DNA of 63,992 nucleotides, filler included, from Choristocarpus tenellus KU-1152 (taxonomy: Eukaryota; Protista; Phaeophyceae), in NCBI GenBank assembly GCA_964200185.2. It is 9 parts of 9 records of this genome, joined end to end, with 100 filler letters (N's around TTAATTAATTAA, not from the genome) between each part and the next. Parts side by side here need not be neighbours in the genome. Positions count along the whole stretch, not along the records: positions 1 to 20,468 come from CAXNAD020000393.1; 8 more parts are not named here. One strand, 5' to 3'. Positions 1 through 13,597 of this stretch are shown piece after piece; within the stretch, counting starts at the first letter, position 1, and each line of letters starts with the position of its first letter. The translations under genes and the position numbers were made by a program. The notes beneath the pieces were generated by a model, which ran no database searches, was not told where the DNA came from, and saw nothing but the letters and a program-made list of their open reading frames with translations.

Positions 1-82
1 AAACGCACTTTTCCTGATTTTTCCCCAAAATGGACACCCTGGTGTAGACCCCCCCCCCCTCCCCCCCCAGATACTTTGGGTA
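1..82. mobile_element. MITE family A, one end (poly-C + AGATACTTTGGG terminus)
   Basis: ccccaaaatggacaccctggtgtagac(c)n-agatactttggg matches the right end of the full copy at 21879-22058. Confidence 0.8.
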
Positions 83-299
83 TCATCAAGGGAGCTGAAC
101 GAAAAAGCAGATCAAAGAGGGGAGGACACCAAATGGGAGAATACTTGAGCGGCGCCCATGGAGAAAATGATATTACAGGTTGATGATGACGTGAGTAGTA
201 TGTCTAAGACCCAAAGAAATGCCTCCACGACGATGGCAGTCGTCGTGAATGTGGCGAGGTCATTTGGGCTGACTGTGTTTGTGAGTCAGACGAAAACCA

Positions 300-1700
300 T
301 GCGCCTTTGACCTCTCAAACATTAGCAAGAATAGCGCAGATCCGGTCTTTGGGCTAGTGTGGCACGCAGACTGACAAGTTTGTTTGCTGTTATAGGCACC
401 ATCAGAAATAGCACTGATGTTATTCAAGTCGAGATCAGCTGTAGCATCAAAAAGCTGCTGTTTCTGCAAGAACCGCCAAGTCCTTCATGACAGGACCACA
501 GGAGGAGTACTCGAGCTTAAGATTCGAATGACCAAGTACTTGAGCTCCAATTATGCGGTTGTGGGGCATAGATACTCCATGCGGGCCATTTGCACACGCC
601 AAGTTCCATTCCTACCACCCCAGATTCTTCCATGCAAAATCATTTTTCCGAAAACAAGGAGTCACTCATTATGTCCTGACAAGCAAAGGTGCCCCAACGA
701 AGACTGAATGCAGTAACAGTATATAGGTGACGGTACGAGATTGGAGATTCCTCTTCGCAGGGTCAGTTGCATGAAGAAATACTGGTGGGAGTATCTGCAA
801 GGCATTCTTTAGCAGGTTGGGATCATGGTCGTGGGGTGGTGCACAATTGGCAGGAAATTGAGGTGTGCGTTTTTCGTTGATGGAATCAAGAAACTTTAGG
901 GACAATTAACTTGCGAGAGTACCTGTGATTCCTGCATCTGTCATGCTAAAACAGCTGTAAAGCACCTATAGCAGATGAGGGCACATGCAAGCATAGTCCT
1001 TTCCAGTGTTTTCTCATTGGCTCTGTTTTGATACGGTCATTGCATTTTGTTTCGTGATGATATAAATTTTCTCAGCTACTTGCGTTTGCTAAGTTAACGG
1101 TGCCTGCATCATCAGCGCATAGCATGCCCCATAGTTGCCACCGAAGCACCTTCGTGCTCCCTGCCCCTCCTTTGGTCTGGCATTTGGTCTTCGCTCTCAT
1201 CATGACTACAAGATCGTCAAGGATTCCCCCCCAACTAACTGTAATGAACCTTGGCTGCTACACTTAGTACTTCAGCAAAGAAGATGATGAACAGCAAGAG
1301 TGGTACAAGTTTACCCTCTTGGCGAATACCCTACTCTCAGCTTGAATCATTTCGTGCATTCCGCATAATCTATACACGTTCGCATTCCCTTCGTCTCTGG
1401 ATGTGGCTCATGGTCGAGGTCATCTTGGCTGGTACACCAAAGTTACCAAGCATGGCCCAAAGGATGTCATGGTCGCCAGGTTCATACTCACATATACTTT
1501 GTGGAGGTCAATGAAGAACACACATGTGGTACGTATGTACAGAGGGATCTTCCTTTCCCATTTGAACTTCTCCAAGGCAAGCATCACAAACATCATGTTG
1601 ATGGCCCAACCGGAAACATTATGCTCCTCAAGGAGTAGTGGTCCCTCCAGGTTGAGAAAGACACCCTGTTGTAATGCAACAAACTCGAGAAACATTTTAT
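300..1700 (-). mobile_element. Decayed RTE-like LINE, reverse transcriptase region
   Basis: Minus-strand fragments across frames: LEEHN..NMMFV..IPLY..FFIDLHKVY, FGVPAKM, GIRQEG.LVPLLLFIIFFA, and LWGMLCADDAGTV (~1095-1135, YADD-equivalent); many stops and frameshifts; boundaries approximate. Confidence 0.75.
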
Positions 1701-3029
1701 TTACCTGAATGTATCACTTGTGAAATTATCTCCTAATTCCCACTCGGTTTGGTCATTCTTGTCCAGGACTTCAATGAAGCGTCCTTCCATCGCTCACCGA
1801 TGTACAATCTCCAACAAGCACGATTTTATAGAAATCTTGCAGGCCAGTGTGTTACAGGCGCCCCTCAATGCTCACCTTTCCAGGATGTACAAGTCATGTC
1901 CAATTCACAGATTATCGAACGTCAGCTCAGCAGAACAGGGGTACTCTCAATGAATAAATCAGTATAAAGTGATATAAGGTTTGACATGAATAAGAGTGAG
2001 ATATGTGGGTCTTGATAGATCAGAAGAACTGATCTGGTTTGAGCCATTTTTAGGAAGTCTAATAATCATTTGCCGTTGGGGGATTGTTCGGGTTTGCAAA
2101 TACTGGTATATATCTGAGAATTCTTTCCGACCATCCATCCATGACCCTCTTCAACTGCCCGAGGTACAGTTTATTCTGCAACTTTTAGGAAAATCGGAGT
2201 TCCCCATTTTGGGGTTCCCCACGCGCGTATACTGCTCGCGCTGGTTAAAGCGCGGGAAGAAATACTCGCGCTATTCGCCTGTGACAAGTGTAATCAGTTC
2301 GAGCTTCAGGTATTCCGCTGGAGGAAGATATTCAGCATAATTCCTTTGCGTTTTGCCAACACATACAATGCAACTATTGACCTTGGTACAGCAACAGGTG
2401 TACGAAAGGGGGCAGTTGCTTGAGGGTGTTGATTAAAGGTGGGGTGGAGCTCTTTCTGATTTCGTGTTCAGTAGCGACTGGAAAAGCTGCATCCACCTTT
2501 CACGAATGGGTCCCTGCTCTCCCAACTGGAAAAGCTGGTTCAGTCTCTCTGATGAAATGCTATGTTCTATGGCGTTTTGGGACTGGCATACAGCTTTTTC
2601 CAATCTATTTTCCCCTTTTTTGCCAGGCCTTCAATAAGGTCACCCTAGCCTCTCCTTGTGCTTGCACACTACCATATGCTGGGATGAGCATAGAGGAGAT
2701 TTGTGTTTACCCCTTAATATATTTGGTCATTTTCCCCTTCATTTTGCAATCTACACCGTACCCATTTTCTACTTCCGTTCTTATTCGATGTAGGTTCTAT
2801 ATTTTATTTATAGTAGAATTAAGAGTAATAAGGTTCTAATACAACGTATATACTAGTTTAGTTTTCCTCTTAATTGTGACAGCTTTTCATTCGGTTGTTA
2901 TCTGATTGCCTTACTTCAGTATGGGACTAGGATCCACTAGTTTGATCCCGCCTAGACAGGACCCATAGTCAGAGGCATTGCACTACTTCTCATTTTATCT
3001 ACTAATTAGTATAACAATCGTTACAACCT

Positions 3030-3700
3030 GTCTTCGCTTCCTCCCTCTTCCCCATTGGCCCAGTACTTGTTGTTTGGCTCTCCTGGTGTAGGCATGGTCT
3101 TCTTTAGGAACATCACCTTCTGCACTGAGCATGTCTCAGTCACTGTGGAAAGCACTGCCGTACATAAGAGGTTGGCTGAACAACAAAGGAACGAGGACAC
3201 ACTGTTGGTGAAGGCCTCGTTCAACACTGAACCATTCCGAGCACTCCCCATCATCCACCTGTATACAAGCTCACATTCCAACGTGGCTATCTAAATGTTT
3301 TCTTCCATCTCCAAGGTGTTGGCTATACAGAAGTCCTGTATAGTGGAGGATCTATCCACCATCAGCAGTTAGTTGTTCAGCCATCTTCAATGCCAATTTG
3401 AGGTTGCCGCTAGGTTGGATGGCACGTTGTCGCATCCAAATTTCTTCCCTTGCTTTCCTAGCCTCCACAATCCTCACTCGAACCTCGGCACTGGCAAGCC
3501 ATCCTCAAGAGACAGCCTGCTGTATTGAGGGCAATACAGTTCTGGTACATTCTCTCGACATTCAGGTAGTAGTGTGCATCGATACTGTATAGTGTTGTCG
3601 ACGCCTTCAATCATCAATGTTTGATGGCTAAGGAGCTTCTGCTTGCCACTCTCCGCAACTTTCTGTACCAGAGGTGTTTGCAGGTTGGGCATCTCGTGTG
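3030..3700 (-). mobile_element. Second decayed RTE-like LINE RT fragment
   Basis: Minus strand ~3170-3290 reads (GM)xACIQVDDGECSEWFSVERGLHQQCVLVPLLFS, the RT motif GLRQGCVL-PLLF; disrupted. Confidence 0.65.
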
Positions 3701-5299
3701 TACAACTATGGTATGCAAAAATGCGTACCTATGTATAGTAATCCTACGTACTATTCTGTTATTATTATGCCCTCTTGATATTTTGCAGATACATGTTAGA
3801 GGAACTAGTAATGAAAACTATATTGTAGTAGTACTACTACTACTGTTGTAGGATACTTTGGAATATTACTAGTGTTAGAACACACGACACACATGATAGT
3901 AAGTAGACGAACGAGATCAAAGATCACATACAAGTATATTGTTCATTGAGCTGCTAAGAGCTGGCACAAGATGGAGACAACAGTTAGTGTGGGAGGCACA
4001 TGCAGTTGGCGTAAGCACACGACCATGCAAGACTGAGAGCCAGTACTCACCTGTAATTAATGTAAGTATACAAGGTGGGAGATGGCGAGGAGATGCATGA
4101 TAAGGAGCAGAAATGCCAATGGTGATGATCTAGAGTCGGTTCGAGTCGGCTCAGTCTGTGGGGTATCAGATCTACAAAAAAAAAAGTTATCAGCTTTACC
4201 CTACCTCTACCTGAGAAAAGTAGCATTCTCCCATAAATGTAATGAAGAGTCATTGATGTGAGTGCGTGTACAAGGACAAGAGCCGTTATCAGTAAGCATG
4301 GAGGGAAGGCAGATAGATGGACAGGCAAGAACCCCTCGCTTGGTTTTACACTCTATGGAAGTGATGTTCGGAGTTTTGGTTAAGGGCCACTTTGCAGAAT
4401 GATTCGTAAGAATAGTGATGGAGGTTCTGACCAGGCCTCTTGGTCAGAATGAAGTGTCTATCTGCAGCGTAACATCTATGCAGTCCAAGTACAGCAAGGG
4501 GTATCAGAAAATGGGAATCTGAACCCAGTGCCCCAAGCGATGCATCTAGATACCTGGCAAGGTGGGGGGGTAGTTATCCCTCAGAAAAACAAACGTTAAA
4601 TGGTAGTATTACTTTTGAGCTTTCAGTCAAAACCAGGTCGAGGCAAAGTAAACGAAAGGTACCCAGGTTTTAGCCATTCTGTATTAAAGGCCAGTTTTTC
4701 GATCTTTTTCAATTCGCCCATATCTCTATGGATGAAGCATTCAGTTTGCCTTGAGAGGGTTTATTTATCAATTGTTTGAAACTTTTCCACACAAATCAGG
4801 AAATATCCTGTACACAATTATAACAAAAGTCATTTTTTTACACATTATTTGCTGGCATCCTTAAAATGGAACTCTAGGTACGTCTTGTTTACTTTGATTC
4901 CCTGCAATATCTGCTATAGAGGACAACGTTTGAGCTTCTACATTCCCATTCACGCCTACTACAAACTAGGTATTCTACTGTCCATTTTCCATTGCCAGTA
5001 TCCATTTGCGCTTAAAGCATCCATTATGTCTGCTGTCCATAAAATACCTGTGCCCATACTTAACCTGTACAGCCTGTGTTGTCTAGGACTAGGCTTGTGG
5101 CTAATGTTGGTTCTCCACACAATGCTCAACGCTATTGGTCCGTAACATCAGTTGTTGAGCAAACCCTCGAACCCATTTGTGTTTGTAACATACACTTTTC
5201 AGCACAAATCCCATAGTCACTATTTTTGTTTAACCACTATGGAGTATTATTCCGCAAAGTGACCTACTCTATTTTTGCAGAAAAGGGAAATATTCATCC

Positions 5300-7250
5300 A
5301 TTGTCCCACAAACTCTAGAGCCCTTCCACTCTGTAATGTCAAGTGTCCTGGGTAAAACTTGGGCCATTTGGTCTCTAAAATCCCTTGCCCAGGGCAGCGA
5401 TCAAGCCTATCTTGCTCTCTGATGTCATTAGTCGGCGATTCCTTGAACCATTTGGTCTGTAACATATCTCATCCAGGATGACATTGCTTGTGGTCACATG
5501 TCTCCATTTTTAAAATAATGAAAACTAATTGTTCACTCTAAACAAGGGATTACCCCGACCCATACACTGCACTAGGACTCAATGTACTTGGTCTGTGCCT
5601 TGGTCATTTCATGTTGAGTTCAGCCATTCTCTCACTTACTACTCTGCCTCCCAGATCAAATTTTGTCCTGGACTAGCCTCAGTGTTACTCCACAATGTTA
5701 GGGTCTCCCACGTTTTGTGATAGAGCACCAGATCGGATAGCAGTCCAAGAGCACTTGTCAATTGGCATTTGGAACACTGAAACTAGATTTTCTGAAAAAA
5801 ATATGGCATCAATGGGGGTTTGACCATGTAAACTTCATTGAGAAAACAAAATCCACCAATCATAGAGCCACAAGAGAGGTGCTTACCCAGGTTAATCCGT
5901 GGGTCATCATCCCACTATGAATGTGTTCTATTCACACACACTTTCCATTCAATAATCTAAATCTTCACATTTCCACTGAGTTAGTCACAAAGACTCCTCT
6001 CACTCTATCTTTATCACCCCACTGTAGAAAGTTGTGTAAATGGTCCAATCATGTTAAGGAATGGATCCGAGACCTCTGATTTTGTCATAATTGATACTGC
6101 TATACCACAAGGGTAGTCCGTGGTACGAACTGACTTGATCTAGCACCACTGTTGTAGTATCTCTACAGACACTCAATACAATGTCCATCGCGTGGATAGA
6201 GCTACGTTGTGTGTAACACTAATTGTTCAAAGATGTGCTCACGATTGTTCTGCTATTGGAGACACATTTTCTAATAACAAGCAACTCACGCCACATATAT
6301 GGACAGTACAAATCGCTCTCACATGATTCCAGATCAGCATGCACAGTACGTCAGGATTACAGCGCACAACACAAGGGATGCTTATGGATTGCACAGAATG
6401 TCAAATCAAATATATATATATATATATATAAATATACATAAATGAAGCAGTCAGCTCCTGGACAGTTCCTCACAAAATCAGCAGCATGCATAAAATTTGA
6501 AAAACTGCTGACTACATGAAATATGATAAACTGGGTTGGGCCATCCATAGTAACCCATGCATGAAACAAGAAACACTAAATTCTCCAGGACTCCTAGAAA
6601 CGTAGATGGCATTTTTTGTATGCAGAACCCCCCCCCCTGGTCAATGTGAGTTACCTGAAATATAAATTCCGAAGCCTCATTACCTGACATTTAACCCATT
6701 TTTTACAGTTGCCACAAAGCGAGCTCACACGTAGCTGAACTTTTCCAGGTTCAACCTACATCCTCATTACTGGCAACGGATAACTGGGTGCACAGTGAGG
6801 TAGGAAATCCCTACCATCACACCTCTGTCAGTCTCCACAATTGTACTGAATTGTAAGCGGTCAGAATCACCAACTTCTTACAATTATCTACCCAATATTC
6901 CCCTGCCTCTAAGCAAACGAGTGTTTCAATATTGGGGAGAGAGAGGGAGTGTAGGGTATTCCAGGGGCAACAATTTTTCAGACCAATGACAAGACAGGAA
7001 CTTGTTGATAATTTTTATTATTTCTGACCCAGAGGATGGTGGAAGCACTATTCACACATGTCCCCGCGTGAGTGAACAACCATAATTGGCAGTACGTCCA
7101 CAACACATGTTACACACCGAAGTGACACCCAATGCACTGAAAACGCCCTAGAGTAGGAAATCCCTTCAATTATATGTTGGAACCTACCAGGGCATTTCAC
7201 AACACCAAATGCTGAATTGTCAGTCAATTCTCCATACACATGAACACACA
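5300..7250 (-). mobile_element. Highly degenerate Ty3/Gypsy-like RT-RNaseH remnant
   Basis: Scattered weak motifs in the expected order on the minus strand: FGVVKCPGRFQHII (~7170-7210), KSEV..FLNMIG (~6040-6090), TCDHK (~5490). Confidence 0.3.
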
Positions 7251-7315
7251 CCCACTCGTCTGTCCAATGTCATGTATATCAACACAAACAACAAACACGA
7301 CTCCCCTAAAACAGA

Positions 7316-10300
7316 TCACCAGCTTCCATCTGAATCTATGCCAAGACGAGGCTTAATCAAGGTACCAATATCCCAGTTGGTCTCAAGGGTGTAGGGTTCA
7401 CTGACAAGGGTGCCCTCAGAGGTGGCCTTGGCAATCTGAATGCGATTCAGAGCCCGACTGTCCCGATAGAAAAGCACCCGCATGCAGTCTTCCAGCAACA
7501 ACCTTTCCACACATGTGTCGGAGGTCCAGCGACAAAGGCGAAGATCAGTCAGGGAGGGGGGGGGGGGGAGAAGAATAAATTTGTTTACAACTGGATTGAA
7601 GATTGTGCAACAGCAGGTGGAACAACCCAACTCTGTAGCGAAAGCAAACAGTTGCCTCGTCAGCGGTCACATGTAAACACAACATACTACTCTACTGGGA
7701 GCCTACAGCCTTTTTCCATCGACATAAATGTTACCCTTCAGTTTGTCGAATCTATAACCCTCTTAATGATGCACACTCCCTACACACATCGACAAATCGC
7801 AATGTACTTGTCTCCAACCTCAAAAAGGAAATTCGAGACGCTGAAAAATGAACAGTCTGCCACATAGTGCAACTCTTACTACACTCTTTCATTCCCTACT
7901 CCGAAACATGACCATCACAGACGTTCAAATTCACCTCTACGATATCAACCCATCTTCCCCTTCGACTCCCCCTGCTGTCTTGTCTAGCACAGAGACCCGT
8001 CACTGACACACATCTCGTGGAATCTCAATCTGATCTACACACAAAACCTCAAAACACTTCGCAAAAATCACCCTGCACAGTCAGGGGTGCCTTTTTTTTT
8101 CACTCTATTAGCAAAATAAGTAACAGGTCCAACAGGTCCAATACAAACACTAGTACCGATAGGGCTAACTATGTACTAGTATATACAGACGCACTGTGCT
8201 TGGGCACAACTCGACACAACCACATCGATTAGTTGATTTCAAGCTTCCTGTTCGTATGACTCGGTCCAAGCTGTCTCCTTCGGCTACAAATCTAGAGAAG
8301 ATTTATCGAGAGTGGGTGGGAGTTTGGATATTGCTTTACGTTATACCTGAGAAGCGGCAGCGTGGGGCTTTCCTGTCTCCTTATGGTCAAACCACAAAAT
8401 TTACACACCCCACAGACAAGGATTAGAATAATCAGTTCTAAGCTGTCAACCTGTTACAATATGAGATTGCAAATCCACCCAAATCACTACCTTGGTCCCA
8501 TTAAACTCCCCACATCCCGAATGACACTCACGCATGTACAATATGAGGCTGTTCATCTCCAAATCACAGCCCACAAATCAAACTCCTTGTAAATAGCTGC
8601 CTTTGATCAAAATCAGCTTAGAATAATAATACCCATTACAATATTTAGGGCTAGGGGGGTTACAGGGAAGTTGAATCCAATTGGCACATAGAGCGAAAAT
8701 CAGTACATTTTGTTCTCCATTCACATATGTTGAATATATATATATATATATTTATATTCATTTTCAACAATAATCTTGGGATAACTCTTCCATACATTCC
8801 AAAACGCTCCAGAAATCTAACAGTATCTTTGGGGAATGCCTACGACCCATAGTATCCTAGAGGAGGGTGGGGGGTCAGGCGTCCATTGGGGGCCTAGACG
8901 AACTTGCAGTCATTTCCACGTCACATGAATGAATGTCTCAGATCTAATGGTAATTTTCTTCATCTGCTTCCTTTCTCATCCCTTTGCCTGAACCAAATCC
9001 GAAGGAGAATCCCCCACAAAACCGGTATTAAGCTGAGGTATCTTACAAAACCTCTTCAAGCCCTGAATGGACAACCTGGGCTAAACATCCTCCCCCCCCC
9101 CCCGGATACTCTGACCCTATTTTTTGGCCAAACCTTGTTACTCCTGCATAGACAACAGTCAGTTGAGTGTGGTACTGCTGCGCACTTCTAAAGTTACAAA
9201 GGTATTGATAAGATTGTCACAAGGGTTACGGCTCTACTCAAACGTCGTCGCTATCTCTTACCAAACACCAGTGAGGCATAAAGAGGATACGCTTTAACAA
9301 CCTTAGCTCATTCCTCTATGCTACTCCCCTACTATTCTGGGCAACCTACCTCACACAAAAATACAATTTCGAAGAGGTGGTTTCAACAATCTCTACAGCC
9401 GCAGATCTATCCTTCCTGGGTAAGAGTTCAAGCGCTAGTCACCTACCGCTCAATCAATCAATCAATCAATCAATTTATCCATCGCTCACTCCCTCCCTCA
9501 CCTCGCCTCCCCCTCCTCCAAATCTGGCCTCCACTTCTGGCGGAGGACAGGCAGAGACAGGTAACTGCCAAAGCCCGTTGCCAAGACATTGTCCTCATAG
9601 CAAGTCCTGTACAAGTTCATGTCATGAGCAACTAATGTGGGTCTCAGCTCAAGTAATTTATTACTACCACATTGGAAGCACGAAGTAGAACTGTGCTGAC
9701 AAAATAGTGGAACAGTTAAAAAAGAGGTAGGGACTACTCTGCAAATCCTCCAACAGAGAGGTAAATATTGAGACTTCTCTGGCAGGTGAAAGGCAAAAGT
9801 TGGCTGACTGTAATTTACGTAACTACTTTTTTCAAGCACATTGTGGACAGCAAATAGTCTTTATCCTGCACCGTAAAGAATACCGCCAACCCTAACAAAC
9901 CCATATTCCAAACACTGTTGTGATCCCCACCAAAGTACCACAGGAACAGGCGGGGGAATACAAAGAGCAGTCTGTGATAATCAAAATCGCTGTGTGGCCT
10001 TCTACGAACCAGATTCCATGATTTCTTGACCTTTTCTTTCAGTGATTACTACTCGTTAAACTGAAGTACACACAGATGGGAGAGAGGGGGCTTGGGTAGG
10101 GGAATGGGTATCATGTCAATGCACACCCGATGTTGTCTACAGATCCAAGGAAGGGAGTGCCATCCTTCTTGCAGCCTGCCACCAGCAAATAATTCCACAA
10201 CGGGTTAAACTTGTTCCTGGTCATGGAGGAATAAATGAAAGCGTGTGACAGGGGAGGGGAGAAGTCGATCGTCTCAAACACCAGCAGCATGTGTAGTTCA

Positions 10301-12558
10301 GGCAAGGGTATGATAGAGGGTAGTGTCAAGAGATTGGCACCATATTTGCTGTGATGACCAACACACATAGCTGCACAGGAACAGTTGATACATCAGGCAA
10401 AGAGGCAGTTAACAATAAAACCTTCTTCTCATAGTCTGACGATGCTGTTGAAATACAGGCATCCCACTGTATGCTAGTTCATACAACCCAACAAAGGTCC
10501 AACAACCAGGTAGAGAACTATCAGATAAAATCATTAAGACATTTACTAGTTTGGTTCTATCAACCAGCACAAAGAGTGACGACCTATTTTTCAAAAACAT
10601 TAGCGGTCTACAATTTGAAACTCCCTCCCCATTGCTTCATGAGTTTTTCATGATAAGATCAATAGATCACTACAATGCAATACTCTGTTTCCCTCTATGA
10701 CACACCTACCCCTTTACTATCAAGCACCATCTCAATCTCAAGCCCCCAAAATGCACACACAAGCAATTTGCACTACTGTATATGCCCCAGTGCAGATAAA
10801 CCATAGCATGATTGCGCAAAGGAAATGCTACATGAAAGGGTGCTTCTAGATGAACTAATGCTTTGTAAAAAACATGAAAAGAGCACATCCACGCACACCC
10901 CTTCCCCAATGAAGTCTCACCTCCCTCAAGAACGCCCTTCCCCATCCAATATGAAATAACCCAGCCCTAACTGCCCAGAATACATTGCACTCCTAGCCTC
11001 AAACAAACAATAAAAAAGTCACAAGAAAAAAATGTACATAAAAAAATTGCTCACCTCCGGTTGTACATAACTGTTCGTAGCAGGTTGTAGTGCTCGGAAG
11101 GGCTCTTCTGGAAGCCATCGTCCATATTAACATCATCCTGGTGCATGCTCTCCAACATTTCCATGATGTGCTGGAAGTCAGAGTACTCCCCCGAGCCGCC
11201 AACTAGTGTGCACTCCCCAACCCTGAGAACACCACCCCCGCCACAGGAACATCCCAGCACACCACAAAGCAGTCAAGGGTGGTGTTACGGCACATTCAAT
11301 GTAGGTAGAGGAGGGGGTTGCAACACAAAGCTCGAGGAGGTATTAGGTCGTTTGTGAATGCAGTTGCGGGGCAGTTTATGCTTTCATGGCCTAAAAAGCG
11401 CTGAACACATGTTAGCACAAGGAAAACAATTGGGAAAGGACAAGCTACCAGCATGACTTAAGTCAGAACAGGGCTGGTTTATGGTGATCTGTGGTTAATC
11501 TGTACTGCCAGCAGTATGACAGAGACATCAATGTAGTGCACTGTTTTGTTGGTGCAGGTGTGTTCTTTGATGCTCTTTGGAGCAGATATTTCTCCATTCT
11601 TGCAGTCGGGTTGGGACCATGATGCTACAGTTGTAAGGATTTCATCCCCAGCTCATTACAATCTATTGCTACTTGTAAGTATATTAGAATCACAAGTGAC
11701 AAAGTAAGGAAGCCCGCAACTCATAAACATCCGTCTGCACAGAGGAAGTGAATGTGCACAGATGTATCAGACCAATATGCCAAGGGCATGAAAGTTATCT
11801 TTGAACTGTACTAAAATGGGGAGCACAAAGGTGAACAAGAAGGAAAAAGTAGATAACCTCCCCTCTTCCAACTCACGTCTTGATACGCTCTACAGTCTTG
11901 AAGCGTGCCAGACTTCCGTATGAGGCTAGGGTGTCAGCTGCAAGCATCACTCCATCCCTGTGATGAGTAGTTTATGATGCGAGATATTTTTGGGGTGCGG
12001 AAGGAGGAAGGGAAAAGGCAAGATGAGCATTGGTGGATGTTGTGGTTGCACCAATTTACATGGCGCAGTATTCAAGCAGAATAATAATCAGACAAGCATT
12101 CAGATTCTAGAGATGAGACTATATATTTACAGCACTGATTTGAACCTGTAACAACGTTATAGTAGTCAGGACTAGTGTATTACAACTTCCTACAATATTT
12201 AAATGACGACAACAGAACCAGTGTGATCACACTGCCCAGTTGTTACGAAAAGTGCTTGTTCTGAAACTCGAGTGCAACAAAATGTTACGCGGTGTTTTTC
12301 AGCAGCCTATCCAAATAAATGATCAAGTCCAGCTCAGCCCAAAATGTGCACTATGGACACTTCACTCAGTGATGCTTAGCATCTATCTGGAAGAGGTCAT
12401 TGCATGTAAGATGCCATGAAGGTTGACACTCACTTGTACTTCAACCCAAGAACAGATGATCCCGTCACTATGGGATGCTGTGTGCGCCCCCTCATTCCAT
12501 CCTGTGCCGATGTTGATGAAACCGCCCGGGAAGACCCGATACTCCCGTGGGTAAACAT
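7316..12558 (-). CDS. PSMB4: 20S proteasome subunit beta type-7 (PSMB4/Pre4), 6 exons, 251 aa
   Basis: Exons 12558-12434, 11957-11877, 11222-11055, 10216-10127, 9606-9502, 7502-7316; all GT-AG and in frame. Motifs [71 protein letters not shown]. Confidence 0.96.
8815..9118. mobile_element. Degenerate MITE relative in the last PSMB4 intron
   Basis: acagtatctttgggg...gcgtccattggggg at left; aatggacaacctggg...(c)n-ggatactctgaccc at right; resembles family A/B ends. Confidence 0.45.
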
Positions 12559-13499
12559 TGGGGACACTGCTAGAGAAAACACGAGAAGTGAGGCTGTGAA
12601 GAGTCCACGGAGCATTCAGCGCCCCTACGCGAGGGGGCGCAATAGGAGAAAAGGGTAAGACTCTTGGACACTTGCACCAAGGGAAGATATCCTGGCAGTG
12701 GGTATAGCCGAGGGAAAGAAAGGGAATATCACAATCTCCATCCTTGATTGCAACTCGAAGTTGTGGAAGAAAGGAGGACAGAGGTTCTTCAAACACCAAC
12801 AAATTGAAACCATAGAAGAGGTTATGAAGATATTGCACACGGTCCAAGTCTTCCATAATGGAGTGGCAATCCTCCCTCGGTGACTTGGAACAACTAAGCA
12901 TGTTGTCCAAATTTCATCTACACACCTCAGGGTCAACCATACCGAACGGCAACAGACCGAGTTCGAGATCCCTCAGCCTTACACCCAAGATCTTCCCTGC
13001 AACGTCCTAAACCTTTTCTAAATGTCTAATACTAACGTTCGTAACGTAAGCCCTCCACCTTCACCCTTCCCGACTCCAGATACAGGGGGGGGGGTAGAGG
13101 CCAACCTGCACGAATCGAACACGCTGTCAACGTAAGACTTGCTTGAACCTCTCTCCAAAATAGCACACTTCCACCGCTAATCGCTTCCAATTACTTGTCA
13201 CGTTACCGGAGGCCGTTGTTCCTGGTCCAGAGTGGCTAACAACTTAGTTTACCCCAACTCAACTCTCTGTTTGATGAGACTTCTTCAGAGAGGGATATTA
13301 TCACGAGAAGGGTATACCCTAACCCTAACCCTATTCCAAAACAAGGGGTGTGTCTTGATTCTTGGTAAACTGGTTTGATTCTACCTACTACTGTTGTGAC
13401 CCACCACCATCTTTATCCCAACTTGCAAATAAATACAAGGCAGCAGACGCTACATCTTAAACTTTGAGATCGCGTGGTGAATATTAGCTCGCTGTGGGA

Positions 13500-13597
13500 T
13501 CTTTTCGAGGGTGTGCTGGTAGAAAGAAAGAGGAACACGACGACAACGAGACCTACAATCTACACCATTGACCAGGAGCAAGACACAGGTGTAACAG
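13500..13597 (+). other. Probable non-coding 5' UTR exon of Sm-G
   Basis: Strong donor cag|GTGAGT at 13597/13598; acceptor cacAG at 14400-14401, two bases before the Sm-G ATG; exon start is approximate. Confidence 0.5.

Noticed and set aside
2545-2585. Hammerhead ribozyme or SECIS suggested by CTGATGA plus a stem
   Set aside because: No GAAA after the stem and no matching GA quartet on the 3' side
3873-4075. Solo LTR starting TGTTAGAA
   Set aside because: No partner LTR, clear CA end or TSD visible in the window
12383-12936. 175-aa and 103-aa minus-strand ORFs overlapping the PSMB4 start
   Set aside because: No recognisable motifs; they overlap the true first exon or its upstream region in other frames
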